DNA of 64,000 bases, from NCBI GenBank assembly GCA_036397855.1, contig DASWID010000128.1:10747-74746 (forward strand), in the 5' to 3' direction. Position numbers and translations under genes: made by a program. The notes beneath the pieces were generated by a model. It searched no databases and was not told the origin of the DNA. It saw only the letters and a program-made list of their open reading frames with translations. Shown here piece by piece: positions 47,985-59,884 of the stretch (position 1 is the first letter of the stretch; the number at the start of each line of letters is the position of its first letter). Source of the stretch: Thermodesulfobacteriota bacterium (GTDB taxonomy: Bacteria; Desulfobacterota_D; UBA1144; Nemesobacterales; CSP1-2).

Positions 47985-48714
47985 AATTCTCACACTTTTT
48001 ATAGAAAGCCTCTTTTGGTGCAAAGCTGCTATAGGTAATCGTGAAAAGGTATTCGCTCAAATTCGCGAGATAGGAAATCATACCCTTCCCGTAGCAGCGC
48101 TAATTGCCCTTTTTATTGGGGCTGTTCTCGCTTTACAAACAGGACCAACCCTGGCGCAGTTTGGTGTTCAAGAAAACATCGGCGGTTTGGTTGGTCTGTC
48201 ACTGGTGAAGGAATTGGGGCCAGTAATGGCTTCAATTCTCGTAGCGGGTAGAGTCGGATCCGCTATGACTGCAGAGATAGGTTCTATGAGTGTTTACGAA
48301 GAAATTGACGCCCTCAAAACCATGGACATTAACCCCGTGCGTTTTCTAGTGATGCCGAGATTTCTTGCGAGTATGATCGCTCTTCCCATATTAGTGATAT
48401 ATATGGATCTTATAGGCTGGTTTGGTGGAGCCATAGTTGCGGCAGTAAATCCAGAGATAAACATTTCTTTCAAGATCTATTATAGAAATCTTTCTGAACT
48501 AATAGAACCGTTAGATATATTTAATGGCTTAATTAAGGCAATGATATTTGGAGTAATTATATCTATTGTATGTTGTTATGTTGGACTTAAGACAAAGGGT
48601 GGGCCCAGGGAAATCGGGACTTCGGTTACCAAAGCAGTAGTGTTATCGTTTATATCAATCTTGGTTTCTGATTATTTTATTTCGAGGCTTTTAATCGCAG
48701 TTGGATTAGATTAA
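47947..48714 (+). CDS. mlaE: Mla-type ABC transporter permease
   Basis: MlaE/YrbE-family sequence (about 255 aa, 5 TM, conserved EIDALK..G..P...LV.PR). Confidence 0.8.
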   Translation: MNSITTFFQTTGEILTLFIESLFWCKAAIGNREKVFAQIREIGNHTLPVAALIALFIGAVLALQTGPTLAQFGVQENIGGLVGLSLVKELGPVMASILVAGRVGSAMTAEIGSMSVYEEIDALKTMDINPVRFLVMPRFLASMIALPILVIYMDLIGWFGGAIVAAVNPEINISFKIYYRNLSELIEPLDIFNGLIKAMIFGVIISIVCCYVGLKTKGGPREIGTSVTKAVVLSFISILVSDYFISRLLIAVGLD

Positions 48715-48726
48715 CATTAAAAGACA

Positions 48727-49557
48727 ATGGTAATAAAACAACAGCTTCCTGATGCTGAAGAATTGAACGAGAATGAAAATTTTCTACATCAATATTTAGG
48801 AAGCATAGCTGTAGGTGTGAAAATAGCAAAGTTAGAAAAATCGTTTGCGGATAACCATGTTTTAAAGGGGATAGACCTCGATATAAAACCAGGAGAAACT
48901 ATTGTTATCCTGGGTAAGAGTGGGGCGGGGAAAACTATATTGCTCAGGCATATTATCGGACTGGAGAAACCCGACTCTGGAAACATCTACATCAATGGCG
49001 AGGATATTAATAGCCCAGATTTCAGTAAAAAACACAGGATAGCGATGGTTTTTCAGTCTTCTGCACTTTTTAATTCACTTTCGGTAAAAGAGAATGTTGC
49101 CCTTTATCTTAGGGAACATAAGATATTCAGGGATGAGGACAAGATAGATAAAATCGTTTCTGATTCTCTATCAATTGTTGGTTTAGACGGTAAGGAAACC
49201 AGTATGCCTAATGAGTTAAGTGGGGGTATGAAAAGAAGGGTTGCTATAGCTCGAGCTTTAGTGATGAATCCTGAACTTATTCTATATGATGAACCTACGA
49301 CTGGGCTTGACCCGATGATGACCAGAACCATTGGTGATGTTATTTTGAATCTTAGAGAGCACGTGGAGGTTACTCAGATAGTTGTCACACATAATATTGA
49401 TTTAGCTTTTCATATCGCGGATAGAATCGCTCTCATAAGTGAAGGGCAGATAATAGCGGTGGGGTCACCTGAGGATATAGAAAAGAGTACAAATCCGATA
49501 GTTCAAACATTTACAAGAGAGCAGTTTGAAAGACCACAGGGAGGTAATAAGTCATGA
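48727..49557 (+). CDS. mlaF: Mla-type ABC transporter ATP-binding protein
   Basis: Walker A GKSGAGKT, ABC signature LSGGMKRRVAIARAL and Walker B LILYDEPT. Confidence 0.8.
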   Translation: MVIKQQLPDAEELNENENFLHQYLGSIAVGVKIAKLEKSFADNHVLKGIDLDIKPGETIVILGKSGAGKTILLRHIIGLEKPDSGNIYINGEDINSPDFSKKHRIAMVFQSSALFNSLSVKENVALYLREHKIFRDEDKIDKIVSDSLSIVGLDGKETSMPNELSGGMKRRVAIARALVMNPELILYDEPTTGLDPMMTRTIGDVILNLREHVEVTQIVVTHNIDLAFHIADRIALISEGQIIAVGSPEDIEKSTNPIVQTFTREQFERPQGGNKS

Positions 49558-50546
49558 GTACAGAGTTTAAGGTGGGCGTCTTTTTCGTAGTAGGTTTGCT
49601 GATTCTTCTAGCAGTATTTGAATTCATTGGAGGGATACCGTTTCTGGGCGGTGAGTACACACTCAAAACATATTTTCAATCGGTAGACGAGCTCAGGGAA
49701 GATAATCCTGTTAAGCTTAACGGGGTTGACATCGGTACTGTCTCAAAGATCAAAATAGCAGATAACAGGATAGAGGTTATTATGAGTGTTAAAAAAGGGG
49801 TTGTTATTAAAGAAGATTCTGTAGCGACAATAAGACTCACAGGTCTTCTTGGAACTAGCTATGTTAACGTTTCATTCGGGTCTCCCGAAAGCCCTGTGGC
49901 CGTCCCTGGATCAGTTATAGCGAGTCAGGAACCGGCAGATATCAATGAGATCCTCGTAAAGGTGGAGTCCGCTGTTAGCTCTTTGGATTCGGCATTTGCA
50001 GCGTTTGATGTATTAGGTGAAAACAAGGAACAGATTACCAAGATCATAAATAATGTTGATTCAGTCCTCGCAGATCTGTCAGAGGGGAAAGGAACACTTG
50101 GGAAGCTCTTGAAAGATGATTCCCTTTATGAAGAAGCGAAAGGGGCTTTAGCTAATATCAATGACATTTCATCATCCGTAAAGGAAGGAAAGGGGACTTT
50201 GGGAAAACTTGTGACTGACCCATCTCTCTTTGATGAAACCAAGTCAGCAATGTCAAACCTCGCCAAGCTCAGTGATAGCTTGAGCACTTCAAAGGGTACG
50301 TTAGGGAAATTGCTCAATGACGACTCGCTCTATAATCAGGCTAATGAAGCTGCTACGAATCTTAACTCAGTTTTGAAAAAGATTAATAGTGGACAGGGGA
50401 CGTTGGGTAAGCTTGTAAACGACGAATCCCTGTACTTTGATGCGCAGAATACACTTAAAAAGGTTGATAAGGGAGTAGACACTGCCGTAGATTTGGCTCC
50501 GCTGAGTATAATAGGAACTTCTATAGGTGTCATCACACTCTTTTAA
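49554..50546 (+). CDS. mlaD: MCE-domain protein MlaD with extended C-terminal region of four 34-aa repeats (GxGTLGKL[LV].D.SL[YF]...)
   Basis: N-terminal TM, an MCE domain, then four tandem repeats between about 50085 and 50470. Confidence 0.8.
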   Translation: MSTEFKVGVFFVVGLLILLAVFEFIGGIPFLGGEYTLKTYFQSVDELREDNPVKLNGVDIGTVSKIKIADNRIEVIMSVKKGVVIKEDSVATIRLTGLLGTSYVNVSFGSPESPVAVPGSVIASQEPADINEILVKVESAVSSLDSAFAAFDVLGENKEQITKIINNVDSVLADLSEGKGTLGKLLKDDSLYEEAKGALANINDISSSVKEGKGTLGKLVTDPSLFDETKSAMSNLAKLSDSLSTSKGTLGKLLNDDSLYNQANEAATNLNSVLKKINSGQGTLGKLVNDESLYFDAQNTLKKVDKGVDTAVDLAPLSIIGTSIGVITLF

Positions 50547-51500
50547 ATGAAGTTTGAAGCCGTCCAATTAACAGCGTTAGACTTTCACGATAAGACGTTC
50601 TGGATTGGTTCTTCAGAAGATCACACAAATATCCAACATTCAATTAAGGAACTTCGGGTAATAAATCCGCCGTCATTAAGAAGGAATGGGGACAAATATC
50701 AAATTATATGCGGATGGAAAAGGATTAACGTTTGTAAGCGGCTTGGATATGATGAAATTCCATCCGGTGTATATGAGATGGATGAATTGTCCTGTGAGGA
50801 TTGTCTAAAATTTGTGTTTTATGACAATCAACAAAGATTCACTGATATCGATAAAGCCGAATTAATTTTCAAATTTAAATACTTGTGCGGTTTGAATGAT
50901 GATTACATAATTCGGAAAGTCCTTCCAATGATCGGAATCGGAGCTACAAGGAAAAATCTAGAAGGATACATGTCTTTGACTGGGCTAGAGAGTGAAATTA
51001 GGGAAGCTTACTATGCGCAAAAGGTCTCTTTAGAGCAGGTAGTCTTGCTGACTGAAGTGGAGGGGAATCAAAGACTAGAAATTTTTGGGAGTATTTTCGA
51101 TAGGTTTAAACTTAACAACAATGAGACGAGAGAAATAATTCGAGAGCTACTGGCGGTGGCTTCAAGGGACAAAACGTCCGTAGGTGACGTAATTGACCAC
51201 ATCTTATCTGAAATAGGCGGATCCGGAGGAAAGAACGAGTTTAGGCATGTACTTAGATCATTGAGATACCCTACCTTGAGTAAGGTTGAAGAAAACTATA
51301 AGACATGTTTATCGGGATTTAATCTTCCTAAGGATATCGGAATATTTCATTCACCATTTTATGAGGGTAATGATCTAGAAATTCGATTGAGGTTTAAAAG
51401 TTCAGATAGGCTTTCCGAAATATTATCTTATCTATCATCTGTAGCGACTGATGGAAGCGTTGAGAAACTATTAAATATCGTTAGAGAGGGCGAACAATAG
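50547..51500 (+). CDS. ParB/sulfiredoxin-like nuclease-domain protein
   Basis: The ParB N-terminal domain pattern (INPPSLRRNGDKYQIICGWKRINVCKRLGYDEIPSGVYE) resembles the ParB box (I.VRP...YE.I.GERRWRA....G...IP..V). Confidence 0.55.
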   Translation: MKFEAVQLTALDFHDKTFWIGSSEDHTNIQHSIKELRVINPPSLRRNGDKYQIICGWKRINVCKRLGYDEIPSGVYEMDELSCEDCLKFVFYDNQQRFTDIDKAELIFKFKYLCGLNDDYIIRKVLPMIGIGATRKNLEGYMSLTGLESEIREAYYAQKVSLEQVVLLTEVEGNQRLEIFGSIFDRFKLNNNETREIIRELLAVASRDKTSVGDVIDHILSEIGGSGGKNEFRHVLRSLRYPTLSKVEENYKTCLSGFNLPKDIGIFHSPFYEGNDLEIRLRFKSSDRLSEILSYLSSVATDGSVEKLLNIVREGEQ

Positions 51501-51589
51501 ATATGAAAATATCGTGAAACTGATATCTTATGTGCTAATTAAGCTTTCTTATCTGGATATTCTACTCCTATTCAATCAGGTGTAACTAC

Positions 51590-52039
51590 ATGCGACTGGT
51601 TGTTCAGAGGGTTAAACAGGCTCGAGTAGAAGTCGGCGGGGAACTAGTGGGAAAGATCAGGGAGGGATTACTTCTGCTATTGGGGGTTAAGAGTAGTGAT
51701 TCAATTGAGGACGTCGAATACCTGGTCGAGAAGGTTTTGGGTTTAAGGATTTTTGAAGATCATGCGGGAAAAATGAACCTGTCAATTATGGATAAAGGGG
51801 GTGAGATTTTGGTGGTCTCCCAATTTACGTTGTATGGTGACTGCAGGAAGGGGAGGAGACCATCTTTTGATGAAGCCGCTCCTATGGGACTGGCAATGAA
51901 TCTCTATGATCTTTTTGTAGAAAAAATAAAAGAAAAGGGGTTGAGGGTCGAAACAGGTAGATTCGGGGCGGTTATGGATGTAAATCTGATAAATTCAGGG
52001 CCCGTCACGTTGTTATTGGATAGTAACAAGGTTTTTTGA
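51590..52039 (+). CDS. dtd: D-aminoacyl-tRNA deacylase
   Basis: [15 protein letters not shown]... and the SGP motif near the C-terminus; 149 aa. Confidence 0.85.
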   Translation: MRLVVQRVKQARVEVGGELVGKIREGLLLLLGVKSSDSIEDVEYLVEKVLGLRIFEDHAGKMNLSIMDKGGEILVVSQFTLYGDCRKGRRPSFDEAAPMGLAMNLYDLFVEKIKEKGLRVETGRFGAVMDVNLINSGPVTLLLDSNKVF

Positions 52040-52075
52040 TTCGACTAATATCTAAGAATATACATTAGTTTATAT

Positions 52076-52104
52076 TTGTAACTCGCTGTTAATATTGCTA
52101 TACT
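52076..52104 (+). promoter_or_regulatory. near-consensus sigma70-type promoter (TTGTAA-N17-TATACT)
   Basis: Read directly: TTGTAA at 52076-52081, a 17-nt spacer, then TATACT at 52099-52104. It lies about 235 nt upstream of smpB. Confidence 0.3.
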
Positions 52105-52337
52105 AGCAAATGGAGTGGCTGATCCTTGTATGGGCTGTTATGTAATGAATCAGGAATGAAACATTACCATTTTTAATGAAAAGGCCGTTTAGTACGTTCC
52201 GGGAACACATCTGCATTTTAACTCTGGCTTTTAAAAACCGGTCTTTCATAGATAGTATTTTTCTCGATAGGTGTGATATTCAAGTCGCCGAAAAATCGAT
52301 AAATTGAATTCAAGAATCCAATCATTATATTAGTGTT

Positions 52338-52787
52338 ATGCAAAAAATTGTTTGTAAGAATCCCAAAGCGCATAGAGATTTCTTTCTTGAGGAAAGCTAT
52401 GAAACCGGAATAGAACTAAAGGGTTCAGAGGTCAAATCTCTACGCGATGGAAAGGCGAGTATTAAGGAGAGCTTTGCAATCGTAAGGGGCGAAGAATTGT
52501 TTTTAATCAACAGTTATATAGCTCCCTACGAAAGTGCAAACAGATTTAATCACGAACCGGAGAGGGATAGGAAATTGCTACTTCATAGAGGCGAGATCAA
52601 TCGTCTCATCGGAAAAACACAGATAAGAGGTTATACATTGATACCGGTTAAGATGTATTTTACTAATGGTCTTGCTAAGGTAGAATTAGCCCTTGCAAAA
52701 GGGAAAAAATCGTTTGACAGACGTGAGGATATAAAACGCCGCGACGCAGAAAGAGAAGTTGAAAAAGCTTTAAAGAGACGCTACTGA
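52338..52787 (+). CDS. smpB: SsrA-binding protein
   Basis: Canonical SmpB sequence (KNPKAHRDFFLEESYETGIELKGSEVKSLR...). Confidence 0.9.
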   Translation: MQKIVCKNPKAHRDFFLEESYETGIELKGSEVKSLRDGKASIKESFAIVRGEELFLINSYIAPYESANRFNHEPERDRKLLLHRGEINRLIGKTQIRGYTLIPVKMYFTNGLAKVELALAKGKKSFDRREDIKRRDAEREVEKALKRRY

Positions 52788-52917
52788 AGTTGTTTATTCT
52801 TCAAGTAATTAGGTAGAATATTAATTAGCATAAATGGAAATATTTTGATGCAGGATGCTCGATACAAGATGTAAGATTAGTTAAGGTTTCTTGTCCTGTA
52901 TCATGGATCATTGAAAT

Positions 52918-53274
52918 GGGGGCGAAATGGCTTCGACGGGGAATGGGATAGCTTGAGCTGCATGTCGAGCTTCTGTTAACTCGTAAAACTGGCAGAGCAC
53001 GTAAAAGTGCCGAACCAATTAATGCACTCGCAGCCTAAATAGAGCTGTGACGTCTCTAAAAACCTCACCCGTTGGGTTTTTATGAGGCGCCGAATAGACG
53101 GGTTAGTTGGTTGTTGGTGCTTGAGACATAAACTGACGAAACAAATTCTCAAGCTGGAAGTGAAAATCCTGCCCATCGGAGATTTCACTTTGAGAATATA
53201 AGGCTGGGCTAAACATGTAGAAGCTGGGTGAAGCTCTTTCTCGGACCTGGGTTCGATTCCCAGCGCCTCCACCA
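52918..53274 (+). ncRNA. ssrA: transfer-messenger RNA (tmRNA, SsrA)
   Basis: 5' end GGGGGCGAAAUGGCUUCGACGGG; 3' tRNA-like end GGACCUGGGUUCGAUUCCCAGCGCCUCCACCA. The internal tag reading frame GCC GAA CCA ATT AAT GCA CTC GCA GCC TAA reads (A)AEPINALAA-stop. Positioned immediately downstream of smpB. Confidence 0.9.
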
Positions 53275-53477
53275 GCACTAATCTCGTACTTTTATCTATT
53301 TATTAGAAGTTCCCAGGGGCATGATTATTATATTAATTAATCTCTTGTAGAGACGCGAAATCGTGCGTCTGTGCCTTGATTACGAATACTACAAACACAC
53401 AGATATTATGATGTGTGCCAGACTAATATGTTATGATTTAGAACAAGTTATATCGTGTAAAAGGGAATATAGAATCA

Positions 53478-54193
53478 TGCGGCCAGATAAAAGAAAGTGG
53501 AATGAAATAAGGCCCTTAAGAATAACTAGAGGAAATATGAAGTACGCAGAAGGTGAGGTATTTATCGAAATGGGAGATACAAAGGTGTTGTGTTCGGCAT
53601 CTGTAGAGGAAGGGGTTCCAAATTTTCTCAAAGGAACGGGTACCGGGTGGATAACTACCGAATACTCGATGTTGCCTAGAGCCACAAAAACGAGGACAAT
53701 CCGGGATTCTGTTAGGGGCAGGGTGGGTGGTAGATCACAGGAGATTCAGAGGATAATAGGAAGGTCGATCAGAGCGGTCGTAGATCTTAATAAGCTCGGA
53801 GAAAGATCGATTATACTCGATTGCGACGTGGTTCAGGCTGACGGCGGAACACGAACTGCTTCGATAAACGGTGCCTTTGTTGCTCTCACATATGCAATTT
53901 TTCATTTATTAAAACAGGGTCTCATAAGTGAAAACCCAATTAATGATTTTATGGCTGCCGTAAGTGTGGGTTTGCTGAATAGTAAACCTATACTAGATCT
54001 TTGCTATGAGGAAGATTCAATTGCTGAGGTAGATATGAATATCGTAATGACTGGCTCGGGGGAAATAGTCGAGATTCAGGGTACAGCAGAAAAAGGCCCA
54101 TTTAGCAAAGAGCAGTTGGATATAATGTTGAATCTTGCAGGAAAGGGTATTAAAAGGATCATTACAAGACAGAAAGAGGTTATTTCTCAGTAG
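53478..54193 (+). CDS. rph: ribonuclease PH
   Basis: MRPDKR...[26 protein letters not shown]...; the track ORF has a spurious N-terminal extension from 53363. Confidence 0.85.
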
Positions 54194-54226
54194 AGAGAGA
54201 AATCTTTCGGATAAATTTGCAATCAT

Positions 54227-54809
54227 GCTGGATGAGGTCATACTTGCATCTAGAAACGCAGGAAAGATCAAAGAATTCAAAATACTACTAAGAGGCCTCG
54301 TGAAGAAAATGTCCTCATTGTGTGAGTTGGATTCTGTATCCGATATAATCGAAAATGGGAACACATACTCGGAGAATGCCCTTAAGAAAGCGCGTCATAT
54401 AAGTATACTCACGAATAAAATATGTCTGGCCGATGATTCCGGACTTGAAGTCGACGCCCTTGAGGGTAAGCCGGGGATTTTTTCGTCAAGATTTGCAGGA
54501 GACAGATCAAGCGATGAAGAAAACATTGGGAAACTGCTCTCGGAACTGGTCAATAAACCCAATAGAAAGGCCTGGTTCGTATGTAGCCTTGCTCTGGTGT
54601 TCCCAGATGGAAGACAGGCGATAGCTGAAGGCAAGTGCGAAGGAATGATTCTTCATAAGCCTAGAGGCACTGGCGGGTTTGGCTACGATCCTGTCTTCTT
54701 CTTATCAGATTTAAATAAAACCATGGCTGAACTCACCTTAGATGAAAAAAATCAGATAAGCCACAGGGCTCAGGCTGTAAGAGAACTCAAGAAGCTTTTA
54801 TGTACATAG
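54227..54809 (+). CDS. rdgB: non-canonical purine NTP pyrophosphatase (RdgB/HAM1)
   Basis: MLDEVILASRNAGKIKEFK matches the Ham1 N-terminus. The rph-rdgB adjacency is conserved. Confidence 0.8.
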
Positions 54810-54947
54810 TCTCTAATCTCCAATCCTGTTTTGAATATATCGTGATTTGATTCAGGTCAAATATACCGATTTGCAAGATTTTTTAGTATTGAATATATTA
54901 ATGTTAGTTACTCTATACGGTGGCGGTTTACTTCACTATTTGCATAA

Positions 54948-56567
<1,620 letters not shown>

Positions 56568-56646
56568 GATTTGAAGTGCAACATGTTCTATGCACAAGAA
56601 TCTTCTTAGTTCAATAAGCAAGAAATGATTGTTATGAGATTGGAAG

Positions 56647-58671
56647 ATGATTAGAAAGATGCCTGTTGTTAATGAAGTGATTATATTCAGAAAAAGAAAG
56701 GATCTCTCATTGGGGTTGGCAAGGAAAAACGTTGCCGAGAAGCTATCAGTACTTACAGAAGACGGAAATGAGTTGGATCTTGATATGAAAAGGGTAGTAC
56801 TATCAACCGGGATTAAGTGTGAGAATGAATCGAGTCTTTCAGAAAAAAAACTCAGACTTAGGGCAATCAGGAAACAGCTCGATGATCACAAAGCAACAGT
56901 AGATTTAAGAACACTCTGGGAATTTGTTTATGAATCATCAAATCCTTTAACCTTGGAGGAAATCATCCATATTTATTTCGGTGAAAGTAACAGTGGTAAC
57001 ATTGGTGACGATGAGGTACTTCTGCTTTTTTGGGCACTCGAAAAAGATGACATTTATTTCAGTAATAATGACAGCGGCGGTTATACGCCCAGAACAGCTG
57101 GGGAAGTAGAAGATACGGTTCAGCGTAAGGAGACCGAGAAGAAGAAGCTTGTTGAACGTGAAGTCGCCGTAAAATGGGCAAGGAGTATCATAAAAGGCTT
57201 AGATGGTGAAAGGGCGGAACCGAAATATATTGAAAGATACCTTGAGCTGATCAAGGGATATGTAGTGTATCTTGACAGATACGAAAAATCTGCCGACGCC
57301 AAATCATTTCTTTCCGAGATAGGTATAAGAAGTATAGAAGACGCAGTCGAATTTCTAATAAAAGCCGGAAAGTGGAATGAAGATGAAGATCCTTTGATTG
57401 AGAGACTGGGTCTCAAGTCCGGTTTTTCAGAACGGATAGCTGATGAAGTTTCAGCGATAATAAATCATAATACCGGTTTTGAAGGAAGAGAGGATCTAAC
57501 TAGTCTTGAAACATTCACTATTGATGATGAGGGTACGCTTGATATAGACGACGCTATTTCAATACAGAGAGTCTCTGAAGGATTTATTGTTGGAGTTCAC
57601 ATTTCTGACGTTGCTAGTTATGTGCCCAGGTGGAGTCGTTTAGATGAAGAGGCAAAGGGTAGAGGTGAAACAATTTATCTTCCTGAAGGAGATATACACA
57701 TGTTCCCGCTTGAATTGGTGAGAACTAAATTCAGCCTTACAGAGGGATCCCCGAAAAAAGCAATTTCACTCCTAGTCTTATTTGACGAAAATTTAAAAAT
57801 TAAGCATTACAGGTTTACCAAATCGAAAATCCGTGTAAAACGGAATCTCAGTTACAAAAACGCGGAAGAAACCTTATCCGGATATGAGCATGGTTCCAAA
57901 CTAATCGATATAGCCTTTAAACTCAGAAAAAGAAGAGTGGAATCGGGTGCCTTTATACTGGAGCTTCCCGATCTGAAAATTAAGTTATATGAGAATGGTA
58001 ATATAGAAATCAGAAAGAATTATATGAATACGACAGCCCATAGAGTTGTAACCGAGTTTATGATTCTTATGAATTGGTTTGCGGCGAGGTTCTTCAAGAT
58101 AAATGACATCCCTGCGATCTTTCGCTCGCAACCAGATCCTATATCTCAAGAAGCTAGGGAACTTGACGAAGAAGATCCATTGTTTCCTTTGAAGGCGGTG
58201 AGATTTCTCAGGTCCTCAAGAATTGGAAACTCACCGGAGCCGCACATGTTACTGGGGTTAGACGTCTATGTGCAGGTAACCTCTCCCATCAGGAGATATC
58301 TCGATTTGGTTTTGCAAAGGCAATTATCGAGCTATCTCGACGGGAATGGGTTGTATTACACAATAGAAGAGCTCGAGAGCGTATTCCATTTCATCGAGTT
58401 TGGGCTTCGTGAAAAAAAGATGGTTGAAAAATCAAGAGAAAGGTACTGGGTATTTAAACACATAAGAAGCCTTCAGGGAGAAAATATAAAGGGGATAATT
58501 AGCTCTGTGACTGGCTCCGGTGCTTCTGTTTATCTTCCGGATTACCTTATGGAAGTACCGATCTCTCTTAGTTCGGAGTTCGTTTTAAACGAAGGAGAGC
58601 CGTTGAAGCTAACGGTAGTTAAGGCCGATCCGATAAGGAAGCAAGTTTTTTTGCTCCCGAAGATAGTATGA
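56647..58671 (+). CDS. RNase II/R-family 3'-5' exoribonuclease (RNB domain + C-terminal S1-like)
   Basis: RNB catalytic motif TFTIDDEGTLDIDDAIS and a C-terminal S1-like region. Confidence 0.7.
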   Translation: MIRKMPVVNEVIIFRKRKDLSLGLARKNVAEKLSVLTEDGNELDLDMKRVVLSTGIKCENESSLSEKKLRLRAIRKQLDDHKATVDLRTLWEFVYESSNPLTLEEIIHIYFGESNSGNIGDDEVLLLFWALEKDDIYFSNNDSGGYTPRTAGEVEDTVQRKETEKKKLVEREVAVKWARSIIKGLDGERAEPKYIERYLELIKGYVVYLDRYEKSADAKSFLSEIGIRSIEDAVEFLIKAGKWNEDEDPLIERLGLKSGFSERIADEVSAIINHNTGFEGREDLTSLETFTIDDEGTLDIDDAISIQRVSEGFIVGVHISDVASYVPRWSRLDEEAKGRGETIYLPEGDIHMFPLELVRTKFSLTEGSPKKAISLLVLFDENLKIKHYRFTKSKIRVKRNLSYKNAEETLSGYEHGSKLIDIAFKLRKRRVESGAFILELPDLKIKLYENGNIEIRKNYMNTTAHRVVTEFMILMNWFAARFFKINDIPAIFRSQPDPISQEARELDEEDPLFPLKAVRFLRSSRIGNSPEPHMLLGLDVYVQVTSPIRRYLDLVLQRQLSSYLDGNGLYYTIEELESVFHFIEFGLREKKMVEKSRERYWVFKHIRSLQGENIKGIISSVTGSGASVYLPDYLMEVPISLSSEFVLNEGEPLKLTVVKADPIRKQVFLLPKIV

Positions 58672-58801
58672 TTAACGGAAAGCAATTATGATAGTTTTTC
58701 TGAATTATTTACTGTTGTTTCGATAAGTGTGTTGCTTAAACTTGCATCAATTAGTATGGTAATCAATGGGAAATTGGTGATTATCAAATTCAACTTGATG
58801 A

Positions 58802-58832
58802 TTCCCTATAGCTTGCTACAGGGATATTTATT
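58802..58832 (+). terminator. hairpin CCCTATAGC-ttgc-TACAGGG followed by ATATTTATTTT; second copy of the palindromic element seen at 10029-10052
   Basis: Stem-loop plus T-run about 130 nt downstream of the RNase II/R-family gene stop. Confidence 0.5.
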
Positions 58833-58882
58833 TTAAATCTTTAACTTATTAGTGAATTCCTCAAGATGTTAATAATCAGTAA

Positions 58883-59596
58883 TTAATCCCTCCAGTATTT
58901 CTCCTCTTTGAACCTGAATCCTATCTCCCTTGCCTGTGCCTTAACATCCTCTATCATTCCGGGGTGCCCGCAGGCGTATATTACCGTATTCTCATGATCG
59001 AGAGAAAATTTATCTATGTATTTATAAAAAATGGTATTAACCCTGCCTGTCTCACCCTGCCAACGATTATTTTCGGGATCATGGGGTCTGCTAAGTGTAG
59101 GTATATAAAAGATATTATCGTGTATCCTTGATAGGTTCTCCAGTTCACTCCTGTATGCAAGTTCTTTTTCGAAACTTGCTCCATGAATTATATAAAATCT
59201 ATGTGAATTCAAGCCATGGTGTAATGAATCTCTTATCATACTTAGTATGGGAGCTACTCCAGTAACTGTTGCTAGCATGAAATGGTTGTCATAATTGTTT
59301 TCAAGGGTAAATATTCCCTTTGCCCTTGGTCGGATGTTAATCATGTCCCCAGAGTTGACGTTCCATAAATTTGGGGTCAGAGTGCCGTCTGGTACTAACT
59401 CAACAAATAACTCTAGGTATTCTTCATATGGTGCTGAAACTATAGAATATGGTCTTTCGGTTCCGTTAACACCAACCGTACAATATTGGCCTGGTCTATA
59501 AACAAACGAAGAATTCGGTTTAATCTTAATCACCATGAGAACATCTGTAATGATCGTTTTCTCAATTACTATTGCTGTTAATTTATTGATGAACAT
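58883..59596 (-). CDS. ferredoxin-NADP+ reductase-like FAD/NAD(P)-binding oxidoreductase
   Basis: FAD motif RPYS and NAD(P) motif ...ACGHPGMIEDV... Confidence 0.7.
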   Translation of the reverse strand: MFINKLTAIVIEKTIITDVLMVIKIKPNSSFVYRPGQYCTVGVNGTERPYSIVSAPYEEYLELFVELVPDGTLTPNLWNVNSGDMINIRPRAKGIFTLENNYDNHFMLATVTGVAPILSMIRDSLHHGLNSHRFYIIHGASFEKELAYRSELENLSRIHDNIFYIPTLSRPHDPENNRWQGETGRVNTIFYKYIDKFSLDHENTVIYACGHPGMIEDVKAQAREIGFRFKEEKYWRD

Positions 59597-59884
59597 ACTA
59601 TACTCCCTGCTGATATATAATTGATCACCGTTCTTGTACGAGTTAAATTTATTTAGTGAATCTTACAACGGTGTATTAATCAATAGATAAAAGAGGTTTG
59701 TTAATTATAACACCTATTAAAATATGTCAATGCTTTTTACAACTTTCTCTTGAGTATCAGATTTTTGTTATCTCCATCTTTTAGCACTTTAGTTAATTAT
59801 TATTGTGTGCACTCCCAGTGGTTTTGGATGTGATACATTAAATAAATCTTTTCGGTATAATATTTTTGTAGAATCGCAGATTAC

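Noticed and set aside
53241-53274. tRNA-like GGTTCGATTCC...CCACCA segment
   Set aside because: It is the tRNA-like 3' end of the tmRNA (paired with the GGGGGCG 5' end at 52918), not a separate tRNA gene. No D-arm or anticodon arm is adjacent.
53363-53477. N-terminal 38-codon extension of the rph ORF in the track
   Set aside because: RNase PH homology begins at MRPDKR (53478), and the upstream residues are not conserved-looking. The ATG at 53478 has its own RBS-like AAGGGA.
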